Below are positions 29,901-37,605 of a stretch of DNA of 64,000 nt, one piece after another. The notes below the pieces were generated by a model. That model ran no database searches, was not told the origin of the DNA, and saw nothing but the letters and a program-made list of their open reading frames with translations. Within the stretch, counting starts at the first letter, position 1; each line of letters starts with the position of its first letter. The position numbers were made by a program, and so were the translations under genes. The stretch comes from a virus: IMG/VR virus record IMGVR_UViG_3300025018_000100; one strand, 5' to 3'.

Positions 29901-32082
29901 TTTTTAATTTGGGTAATCCTTTGTCGCTAATTTCAGAAATAGATGCTTGAATACCTCCAAAACCTATAGTAGCTACTTGATCATTAAATTTTATAAAACC
30001 TTGTAAAGCTAAATCAGCTACTTGTTGAATAGGAATTCCAGCAGTTCTACTGATTTCTTCAATAATACCCGATAATTGAGTTTTACCAGATTCTAAATTT
30101 TTAACTGCTTCCTCCAAAGTAGCTACCTCTAATCGACTACTTCTTAATTCCTCTCCACTTAGTTTTGTTTGTTTATTTTTTAATCTAGTAATAGTTTGAT
30201 TAAGTCTTTCTATTTGATTTAAGACACCTAATCTTAGTACTTCTTCTTTACTTAAAGCCTGTGCCTGTTCAAATTGTTCTTTATTAGGTCTAAATTCATT
30301 TCTTCCTGCAAAATTAGTTCCATTGTCTTTTGCTAATTGATTAGCAAATTGCTGTCTAATCCCAGAAGTGTTAGTTAATCCCTCAATAATTTGTTTATTT
30401 ACATCAGAATATTTTTCCGCTAGTTTTTCTCTAGCCTCTCTATCTAAATCTAATTCTTTTGCTAACTTTTCTAAATTGCTATTTTTAGATATAAAAGTAG
30501 TAGCAGCTAAAGCTTGGGCTCCTTCTTTAGCTCTATCAATTTCTTCTGTTAAAGATTTGAAAAATTTAATTACGCTATCTAAAATATCTACACCAAATAA
30601 ACTTGCGATAAATTGAATAGTAGATCCTACAAGAAAAAACTTATTTGCTAAGGAAACTGCGGCACTAATTGCTAACCCTGTTCTTCTAAAAGCTGCACCA
30701 ATAAAATCAGCTGATCTAGCTATACCTTTAGATAGTCCAGAACTATTATTCATAACCGTATTTAGATTAATATAAGAAACCTCTAAAGCTTTAACTCTTC
30801 TTGTAGCTCTTTCAATACTTCTATTTGCTGCATCAATTTGTTCCTTAGTTCTTCCCTGTACAGTTAAATATTTTTGTTTAGTAGCGATAAACTTATTTTC
30901 TTGTTCAATTTGAGCTTTAATTAAAGGAGTTGTTTCTCTAATTTGTTGGTTAGTTAGAGAATCTGCGTTATCTATTAAGTTATTAAATTGACTGGGAGAG
31001 AGTTTACCTCCGAAAGCATTTTTACCTCCGGTAAAACCTTTATTACCTTCAAATTCTGCTTTTGTATTATCTAAAGTATTTAAATTATCTTTTATAGTAT
31101 TTTTACCAAATAATCTAATATTTTTAGCTTTTTCTTCAATTCGTGTAAAAAATCTATCGATACTTTGTCCGCTCTCAGTAACAAAACTAGAAATACCTGC
31201 TGATAGACTACTAAAAATCTGAACAGATAGTACCGCAGCTAGTGCTCCAATGTTTCCAGGAGTTTGACTAAAGAAATCTGCTAAACTAGACAAAGGACCG
31301 GCTACAGCTTGTCCGACTTTAGTAGCTAAATCAATAACTTTAGCAGATAATTCTTCTAGACTTTGTTGCGTAGTAGGTAAAACGGTGTTAATAATACTGA
31401 ATTTACGCTCACCTTCTTCGATAACTTCATTAATGAAAGCTTGTCTTTTTTCATAATTAGTTAAACTAGATGTTGCAACATTTAATTGTCTAGCATACTT
31501 TTCTACCGCAGGGTCAATACGAGTAAAAATACCTAATTCATCTAAAAGTTCTGGTTCTAACTTAGCCGCACCTCGAACTAATCTTTGAAATGCATCTGTT
31601 AATGTTCTACCTAAGGCACGGCTAGCTTTTAGAGCAACCCCCGTAATTCTTTCTAATTGTTCACCGCCAAATCCAGCAGATAGTGCAATGTTAGCATTTT
31701 GAGCAGCTTCTGCTAAAGTTAACTGACCTTTGGTAATTTCTTGAATTTTAGCAAGAATTTTATTACCGTTAGAGCCTATTTCGTTAGCTAATGTAATAGT
31801 ACCACGTACAATTTCTTCTGATTGAGTTGCTCTTTGTAATGCCGCGAATGCCTGTTGCAATGCGAATACGCTAGCAGCCGCACCAGCATAAGCACCAACT
31901 AACCCACCTAAGCCTCTAGCTTGTTGAGAAAAAGCTCTACCTGCACTAGCTTGAGTAGTAGTAAGACGATTACTTTTACTATCAAGTTTATCTACTTCGT
32001 TAGATACACCTTTAATAGCGCTTTTTGTCTTATTACTACCATTAGCTTTTACATTAACATTTACATTAGCATTAGTTGTCAT
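26980..32082 (-). CDS. Tape measure protein
   Basis: 1700 aa helical; GAAKLEPELLDELGI (T5 pb2-like); C-terminal MAAGG...DSVPAMLEPGEFVM. Confidence 0.93.
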   Translation of the reverse strand: MTTNANVNVNVKANGSNKTKSAIKGVSNEVDKLDSKSNRLTTTQASAGRAFSQQARGLGGLVGAYAGAAASVFALQQAFAALQRATQSEEIVRGTITLANEIGSNGNKILAKIQEITKGQLTLAEAAQNANIALSAGFGGEQLERITGVALKASRALGRTLTDAFQRLVRGAAKLEPELLDELGIFTRIDPAVEKYARQLNVATSSLTNYEKRQAFINEVIEEGERKFSIINTVLPTTQQSLEELSAKVIDLATKVGQAVAGPLSSLADFFSQTPGNIGALAAVLSVQIFSSLSAGISSFVTESGQSIDRFFTRIEEKAKNIRLFGKNTIKDNLNTLDNTKAEFEGNKGFTGGKNAFGGKLSPSQFNNLIDNADSLTNQQIRETTPLIKAQIEQENKFIATKQKYLTVQGRTKEQIDAANRSIERATRRVKALEVSYINLNTVMNNSSGLSKGIARSADFIGAAFRRTGLAISAAVSLANKFFLVGSTIQFIASLFGVDILDSVIKFFKSLTEEIDRAKEGAQALAATTFISKNSNLEKLAKELDLDREAREKLAEKYSDVNKQIIEGLTNTSGIRQQFANQLAKDNGTNFAGRNEFRPNKEQFEQAQALSKEEVLRLGVLNQIERLNQTITRLKNKQTKLSGEELRSSRLEVATLEEAVKNLESGKTQLSGIIEEISRTAGIPIQQVADLALQGFIKFNDQVATIGFGGIQASISEISDKGLPKLKTGVGNLVSELGKSINASKSFSDSFASGSLDAEKAAQKLTAITTITSELVKLQEAYTNEYGELDPKLVAIINRLKDQGKEARKITQELQAIEQLSVNITKAFSSQISLVDNLESSGIINLFNGKFAENGIEIAANKAENLVTAINIAKQGSIELAALQKEAASRGEKDLEQNAKIVALGNLRKTTEKALFGAFLKSKEEIQKIAIAEEKRLRESLQQLDIEKQKLEIQKLSNNILLSQEAYDNRNKALEALLTKENALLDISKAYNETQNIKFKKQQQINENKVEELNLANKLLDTELKGKELAIERAALLRDLRLQRTADNQANFPNFGTREDRRNLIAEQAASNLEKELNLINLRIEAEKKKFDNESRIINLEIDNLEAEKTFKAKDNSQKAALLLREKQISEQKSINEQKNLINRLDILDQEKIRADAELAIKKQEIDINKTNKLAALELEKTRLLTVQKEIQALTQFPIELARIFNEFIKTLAGFYGTSNPSLISVANFDEQIDSLNSSIKTSIEQLDSTINATKDLAATQADAATQEANTQDKLRSLKARAIQDEILDIGELAKLQAELNDIKISNLNRENAAELAALQIKIDNKRKEIGINEEEFKNTITQLENEQIKANSNHSLTMSNLREQGDALRLLSDDISSVLKNKIGTGIQDLSKAYFDGTLTMDNFKEGARDLFVGILDGIREKVTDRLIVKPVEDMIGSVFGDLFGSEERGNSRDLPLYTSDVSLGASKSIKSEVLSAAENSDKAVTETINKNKEQTTGFFDSVFGENGLLSRGLSSFGNTATKVFDFLGSSLSSALGSSGGSSSGFGSILGLIGTGISSMFGGGAGFTAGSNVGTSSALSVAQYGILDGRTMAAGGPVRYMAAGGPNLLRDSVPAMLEPGEFVMNKRASQDIGLNNLRNMNRGGSGGQPDVKVNIVNNGTAQQTDGQPQVSFDGKQFVIDVVLKDFRNNGPIRKGLRSV

Positions 32083-32094
32083 TATATAACTCTC

Positions 32095-32448
32095 TTATTG
32101 TTTAGATTTTTCATGAGCATATTTCATATATAAATTAGTACAAATACTTAGTAATTCAAAAACTCTGTATTTATCCTCAATTTTTAATAGGTCCATTATA
32201 AATTCTAAACTTGCATAATCTTTACCATACCAACCAGCACCCATACCGTCAATTTTATCGGGTAAGGTATTAAATAGCATTAAACTTTGTTGGGCTTCTA
32301 TAGTAAGTTTACTCGCATCTAAATTATTTTCTCCAAAGTCTTCTGGGATATCCCAGCCCATTTGTTCAAATATAGCTAATTCTTTATCAACATCTATATT
32401 AGAGTCACCTGAGTCTCTTAACCAACTTTGGAAGTATTCTTTAAATTT
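32095..32448 (-). CDS. Tail assembly chaperone frameshift extension (gpGT-like)
   Basis: -1 frame open from the slippery site (EKFKEYFQSWLRD...QMGWD) to stop at 32095. Confidence 0.75.
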   Translation of the reverse strand, partial: KFKEYFQSWLRDSGDSNIDVDKELAIFEQMGWDIPEDFGENNLDASKLTIEAQQSLMLFNTLPDKIDGMGAGWYGKDYASLEFIMDLLKIEDKYRVFELLSICTNLYMKYAHEKSKQ

Positions 32449-32873
32449 TTCTCTTCTTCCTTTTTAGCAGCTTCACTAAATAATTCTAAGTCATTCATAG
32501 AATCAGTAATAAACTGATCAAAAACAGTGCTATCAGATAATAAATCTAAAGCATCTTCAGGAGAGTAAGGAATTTCATCATTAGGATTAACATTACTTAA
32601 ATCAACAGCCATTAACTCAGAAAGATGCTTAAACTTTAAGCCCTTCCAACCTTTGATAACCGCGTCACAATAAAGTGATAAGAATTTTTCATTATCAATT
32701 TCTTCTTCTCTTTGTTTGGTTGATCTATTAAATTTCATTTTTAAACATTTATTACGAATCTTAATTAATTCGTCTTTAGGTAGATAAGCTAAGGTGATTA
32801 CAAATCCCTCAATATCAGGAAACTCAACATCTACTAACTTTTCTTTAATTTCTAAACTTTTGATTAAACTCAT
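32418..32873 (-). CDS. Tail assembly chaperone (gpG-like)
   Basis: Between major tail and tape measure; VIKGWKGL...IPYSPEDA motif. Confidence 0.8.
   Translation of the reverse strand: MSLIKSLEIKEKLVDVEFPDIEGFVITLAYLPKDELIKIRNKCLKMKFNRSTKQREEEIDNEKFLSLYCDAVIKGWKGLKFKHLSELMAVDLSNVNPNDEIPYSPEDALDLLSDSTVFDQFITDSMNDLELFSEAAKKEEEKNLKNTSKVG
32439..32448 (-). other. Programmed -1 frameshift site
   Basis: Overlapping in-frame heptamers A AAT TTA and T TTA AAG near the end of the chaperone gene. Confidence 0.75.
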
Positions 32874-33009
32874 TTCTTTTTTCCTTTTTTTAAATAAAAA
32901 GGGTGCTTACTCTTTTCAACGCGCGCTTGGTGAGGGGGACCAATTGCTTGTTACAGAGTAAGCACCCATATGATTAATTTTTTAGTCCCCTCAGACTATT
33001 TTCAGTTAA

Positions 33010-34269
33010 TTACTTAACCGCAAAGATTGTTACTTCGTCACCATTACCACAGTTATCAACACTCTCTTGTGCCTGGAAAGCAGCAGAAACTGAAATCACA
33101 TCCTCAATTGCATGAGTTGGAAAATCGAATTGAACAGCTGGGTGGTAGAAAGCTACGTATGGAACACTTGTTCCACCAACCTGTAGGTTGGCATTAGCAG
33201 CAGTACTATGACTTACTCTGCTATCTTCAACAATATTCTTTAAGAATGTTGCTGATTGGGCAGTACCATGACGTAGATAAGCACTGAACGTACCACTAAT
33301 TGTTCTGCTTCCGGCAAAATTACCGATAGGAGCATTAAGGGTAGATAATTCTTCTGGTGTTAAGTATGTAATATTGTTATTTAGACTCCAATTCATAGCA
33401 GTTACTGGGAATGTATAATTCACAGGAGAACCGCTAGCAGGTGTATGAAAAGCACTAAGAGTAGTAAGTCTATTCTTAATAAAACTTGCAGAAGCTATGC
33501 TTGATGCTACGTTATAAGAATTCCAAGGCTGATAAGCGCTTTCTGCTGTTACAGCATATGCATTACTATTAGCACTAGTTTCTACTCCAGAATTAAGAAC
33601 TCCACCGAATACACTAACAGCGTTATTTCTAGGACCATTTCTTAGTTCAACTAAGTTAGTTCCAAAACCTGTCCAAGTAGTAGTAGCAATACTATCAATA
33701 GCGGAATCTACAGATGCTTCATTAACCGCAGCATTAGATACCTGATAGTATACGTTATCCATAACAATATATAGATGATTTTCTTGAGCAACAGCGAAAT
33801 TAGGTGTATGCGCTGCAACGTTAGCTGAAGCGACTCTAGATACACTACGGAAAATTCCGCCATTCTCCCAAACACTTTGTTCTTCTGATCCAACTGCAGG
33901 GGCTGTATTAGATAAGGCAGCCTGCCATAAGAACCAATCAGCCACAGGTTTAGCATTAGATGTTGCAGATACACCATCCGTGTTAGCTTTTGTGTTTGTG
34001 ATTCCTGTTGGTTTTAGATAGCATTGAAAATTCCATTCTACAGGGTTGATAGCAGTGTTAAATCTAGTTACAGCACGATCAGGAGTAAGACCACTTTCTA
34101 AAGTAGTAATATCCTGAGTAGCAGCAGCCTGAGATACGGCATAACCGGCTAATACTTCTACCTGCCAAGTGTTGGCAGGTACCATATCAGTTACGGGGTC
34201 GCCTGATGCTAAGTCAATAGTAGAATAGAAGATTTTGGTATTACGCTGTAAATTTAGATTGCAGCTCAT
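33010..34269 (-). CDS. Major tail tube protein (T5 pb6-like)
   Basis: LQRNTKIF, FNTAINPVEWNF, NNNITYLTPEEL, GSRTISG. Confidence 0.85.
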   Translation of the reverse strand: MSCNLNLQRNTKIFYSTIDLASGDPVTDMVPANTWQVEVLAGYAVSQAAATQDITTLESGLTPDRAVTRFNTAINPVEWNFQCYLKPTGITNTKANTDGVSATSNAKPVADWFLWQAALSNTAPAVGSEEQSVWENGGIFRSVSRVASANVAAHTPNFAVAQENHLYIVMDNVYYQVSNAAVNEASVDSAIDSIATTTWTGFGTNLVELRNGPRNNAVSVFGGVLNSGVETSANSNAYAVTAESAYQPWNSYNVASSIASASFIKNRLTTLSAFHTPASGSPVNYTFPVTAMNWSLNNNITYLTPEELSTLNAPIGNFAGSRTISGTFSAYLRHGTAQSATFLKNIVEDSRVSHSTAANANLQVGGTSVPYVAFYHPAVQFDFPTHAIEDVISVSAAFQAQESVDNCGNGDEVTIFAVK

Positions 34270-34285
34270 TTAATAAACTCCTCTA

Positions 34286-34729
34286 TTAGCTCAAAACGTA
34301 TTGAACACTTAAAATTATTTCTCCAAAACCGTAAGGTTCTAATAGTCCCTCATCAGTAGAAATTGCGTCTATAGTTATATCTTCAATTCCTAATATTGGG
34401 CTATCAGTGAGATTATAAATTACATGCTCTATATCGTCTATTACGTTTTGTAATTCGTTTTGAACATCACTGGACTTATGATATATTCTTAAGGTTATAG
34501 GGAGTCCAGCCTCCGTAAATTCCTGTGAATTATAGGTTCTGGTTTCTCTACCAGCAACAATATAAACAGAGGGAAAATCGTTGATACTATCAAAAAATTT
34601 AAAACCTCTATCTACATTACCAAATAAATTACTATTATAAGTGTACGAACTGTCAAAAGACGATACCTGACCGTTAATTAACTTTAGTTCTGTAATTATT
34701 CTTGTAGTAATTTCTTTTCTTATACTCAT
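34286..34729 (-). CDS. Tail terminator protein
   Basis: INDFP...ISTDEGLLEPYGFGEI; immediately before tube gene. Confidence 0.8.
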   Translation of the reverse strand: MSIRKEITTRIITELKLINGQVSSFDSSYTYNSNLFGNVDRGFKFFDSINDFPSVYIVAGRETRTYNSQEFTEAGLPITLRIYHKSSDVQNELQNVIDDIEHVIYNLTDSPILGIEDITIDAISTDEGLLEPYGFGEIILSVQYVLS

Positions 34730-34784
34730 TATTGTATACCATCTGAAAAATTTTATCCAATTTTATTTTTAAAAAATATAATTG

Positions 34785-35930
34785 CTAAAACGTGGATTTA
34801 AATACTCTTACTTGCCCACCCGTAAGCCTACCTACTACTGTTCTAATACTACCTTCAATAGTATTTCTAGGGTCTCTGGATGTACTTTCATGAGAAAAGT
34901 AACGAGGGTTATAAAAATATTTAACAGCATTTAATTTTCTATCATAAAACACATCAATACTTCTTGCAAAAGTACCTGATCTATATGTTAGTATTTGTGC
35001 CGATAAAGGCGGGCCTCTTGGAGGACCTTTGGGCATTTTTAAAGTAACTGAAGCTCTTACTCTTCTTGTTAGTTCTGCATCCGATAACCTAGTCATTAAA
35101 GTATTAAAACTTTCATTAGCTGTTTGTACTATACTCTTATTTTGATTTTCTACTACAGCGTTAATATCAACATCATTTACTAAAGTATTTAGTCCAATTC
35201 TTATTGAAGAAGGCTTTAATGATATAATCTGCCCTATAAAGTCTAATTCTGATTTAGTTTTGTTTCTAAAAATAGTTATTACTTCGTCAGGATTACTTTC
35301 TAGAGTACGTTGTAAATTTATAATGACTTTATTTAATCCATTTCTTGACAAACTTAACTGAACTTTAACAATAACATTATTATCTTGTATGATTACATTT
35401 GTTAGTTTCATATTAAAATCTCTTGCAGAGAATTTAATATTTGTAGCCGTAACTAGGAAATTAGAACCATCTGGAAATAATAAAGGTAAAGTTAGCATAG
35501 ATAGTCTAGTTTGTAATTCTTTAGTTTTAATTAAGTCATTTATAAACTGAGTTTTACTACCTTGTATTCTTTTCTTAGCCTTAGAAATTAATAATGAAGT
35601 GTTATTAAAATCTGCCGGATTTTGCGATAAATCAGCAAAAGATTGTGTAGATTCTGAATTTAGTAATATTTGACCAGAATTAATAGGTAAATTATTATTT
35701 TTAAAAATTTCATCGTTAATAGGTTTAATAAGAGGATTAGATTTAGAATTTTTAACATTGACTATTAGGTTACCTGTTTTTGCTTTCGCTCCAATACTTT
35801 TTCTTTTTAAAAAAGTAGAAACAGAACTAGTCATATTTTTATTGGCTAAAATACTATTAGATGATTTATCAATAGTGTCAAATAGATTTTTAGCTTCTTT
35901 AGTGTCGATACTTAATATAACAAAAGCCAT
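34785..35930 (-). CDS. Tail completion / neck protein
   Basis: C-terminal LTYRSGTFARS...RDPRNTIEGSIR; position. Confidence 0.65.
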   Translation of the reverse strand: MAFVILSIDTKEAKNLFDTIDKSSNSILANKNMTSSVSTFLKRKSIGAKAKTGNLIVNVKNSKSNPLIKPINDEIFKNNNLPINSGQILLNSESTQSFADLSQNPADFNNTSLLISKAKKRIQGSKTQFINDLIKTKELQTRLSMLTLPLLFPDGSNFLVTATNIKFSARDFNMKLTNVIIQDNNVIVKVQLSLSRNGLNKVIINLQRTLESNPDEVITIFRNKTKSELDFIGQIISLKPSSIRIGLNTLVNDVDINAVVENQNKSIVQTANESFNTLMTRLSDAELTRRVRASVTLKMPKGPPRGPPLSAQILTYRSGTFARSIDVFYDRKLNAVKYFYNPRYFSHESTSRDPRNTIEGSIRTVVGRLTGGQVRVFKSTF

Positions 35931-36553
35931 TACATTAATAATCTATACATTTCTAATATTCTTCTAATATGAGAAGGGAAATTAGCAGAAGTAGGAAATG
36001 AGGTTTTAGATTCTCCTTGAAAACTCATTGTCTCTGAACTACTTTCGTTCTTATGTAATAATTTTATATAATCTAAAGTTGCTAATTTTAAATCACTAGG
36101 TATAGTAATATAGCCGCCACCGTATACTACCTTTACACCCTTAGGGTAGTTATTAAACTTAGTATACTGACCTAGGTCTAAGTCAACAGTATAAGCCCTA
36201 TTAGTTCTCACAATTTCTCCAGTATCTTCATACCACATATATTCTATAGAGCCACTAGAACTCGATAAATTATTTGGTAAACTACCATCACTATTTGGCC
36301 CTGCTAAATTAGCATAATCTGATCCATCGTATTCTGCAACTACAGTTACGTTATTAATAGGTATTCTTTTAACAAATACGGAAGGTAATCCACCGTTGTG
36401 ATATTCTGTGTAAGTATTAGCAACTAATTCTCGACCACAGTATGTCTCTATAGCTTGAGAAGCATACTCAATTATATTTGAAAGTCTACCATCAGACTTC
36501 GTACTAGTTACTTCTAAATAATTTTTTACTTCCTCAAGACTAACTAAAGACAT
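35930..36553 (-). CDS. Head-tail connector / head completion protein
   Basis: LVSLEEVKNYL, IETYCGR, YGGGY..IPSDLKLA, FPSHIRRILEMYR. Confidence 0.85.
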   Translation of the reverse strand: MSLVSLEEVKNYLEVTSTKSDGRLSNIIEYASQAIETYCGRELVANTYTEYHNGGLPSVFVKRIPINNVTVVAEYDGSDYANLAGPNSDGSLPNNLSSSSGSIEYMWYEDTGEIVRTNRAYTVDLDLGQYTKFNNYPKGVKVVYGGGYITIPSDLKLATLDYIKLLHKNESSSETMSFQGESKTSFPTSANFPSHIRRILEMYRLLM

Positions 36554-36568
36554 ACTGTGACCTCCTTA

Positions 36569-36838
36569 TTATTTACTAGTGATAGCAGGAGTTGTTACTG
36601 TGCTAACAGTAGAAGTTTTTTTAGCTACGATAGGTTTCACTGTTTTAGGTGTCTCTACCTTTTTCTTTTCAACTTTAAGTAAAGTACGAGTCTCCCAATC
36701 ATCTAAATATTCTTGTATTAGGCCTAAACTAACCCCGCGCTTAAACGCCCAATTAGTAGCTTCTACTTCGTCTGTAATAGAAACTGGAATTTCTAAACGT
36801 GTTTCGATTTCAAAACTTTTATTTTCTCTTACTCCCAT
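36569..36838 (-). CDS. Hypothetical virion-associated protein
   Basis: AAGGAG RBS before ATG 36838; Lys/Thr-rich tail. Confidence 0.55.
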   Translation of the reverse strand: MGVRENKSFEIETRLEIPVSITDEVEATNWAFKRGVSLGLIQEYLDDWETRTLLKVEKKKVETPKTVKPIVAKKTSTVSTVTTPAITSK

Positions 36839-36926
36839 TATAGTATCTCCTTTTAAAAACAAAGGGAGACCGACTGTACCTTCGGCCTCCCACTAAGTGT
36901 ACTAATTAACCTTGATTATAAATCAA

Positions 36927-37553
36927 TTAGCTAATTAAAGCACGAACTGTTTCAACAGTGTTACCAGTGTTTGAGCCGCCAGATTGTGCAGCAGTAACGG
37001 TTACTGTTGCTTTACCTGTATTACCCCCACCTGTGGCGAAGTATGCGTTAGAACTAGTGTTAAGAACTGAGAAACTAATTGAGGTGTTAGCATTTGCACT
37101 AACAGCCTGATCGACTCCGCTTAAATCAGAGTAACTAATTGATAAAGCACCAGTAGAGCCGTGATGAATAACACCGTACTCTGCGTTACTTAATTTAACA
37201 TCACGAATAGCTAAGGTAACACTACCACTAGCATCATCAGGTGATCCTACTTCGATAGCTGTGGTTAAACTATGTGCGGCAGCGTTACTACCTTTAATAG
37301 TTAAGTTTTTAACAGTAACTGTATTAACAGCTGTATTACTTAAGGTTAAACCATTAACGATAACATCGTCTACATCACCAACACCAATAAGTGCGACATC
37401 ATTCCAGCTTGCACTGATTGCGTCATACGTACCTGGATATAGTAAAATGGTTGTACCCTGAGTAAGAGCAGAACTATCAATTTCGCTTACACTTTTGTAT
37501 TGAGCATCGTCAGTAAGTTCTGGACTGACTTTATGGATAAATTTTTGTGCCAT
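36927..37553 (-). CDS. Beta-helix-like protein, probable capsid decoration
   Basis: TILLYPGTY...VALIG...VKNLTIKG pattern; directly after capsid gene with AGGAG RBS. Confidence 0.55.
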   Translation of the reverse strand: MAQKFIHKVSPELTDDAQYKSVSEIDSSALTQGTTILLYPGTYDAISASWNDVALIGVGDVDDVIVNGLTLSNTAVNTVTVKNLTIKGSNAAAHSLTTAIEVGSPDDASGSVTLAIRDVKLSNAEYGVIHHGSTGALSISYSDLSGVDQAVSANANTSISFSVLNTSSNAYFATGGGNTGKATVTVTAAQSGGSNTGNTVETVRALIS

Positions 37554-37570
37554 AATTTAATCTCCTGTAT

Positions 37571-37595
37571 TAGGGGGAGACTAAGTCTCCCCCTA
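37571..37595 (-). terminator. Stable hairpin after major capsid gene
   Basis: TAGGGGGAGAC-TAA-GTCTCCCCCTA; weak U-tail. Confidence 0.55.
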
Positions 37596-37605
37596 TATTT
37601 TCAAC

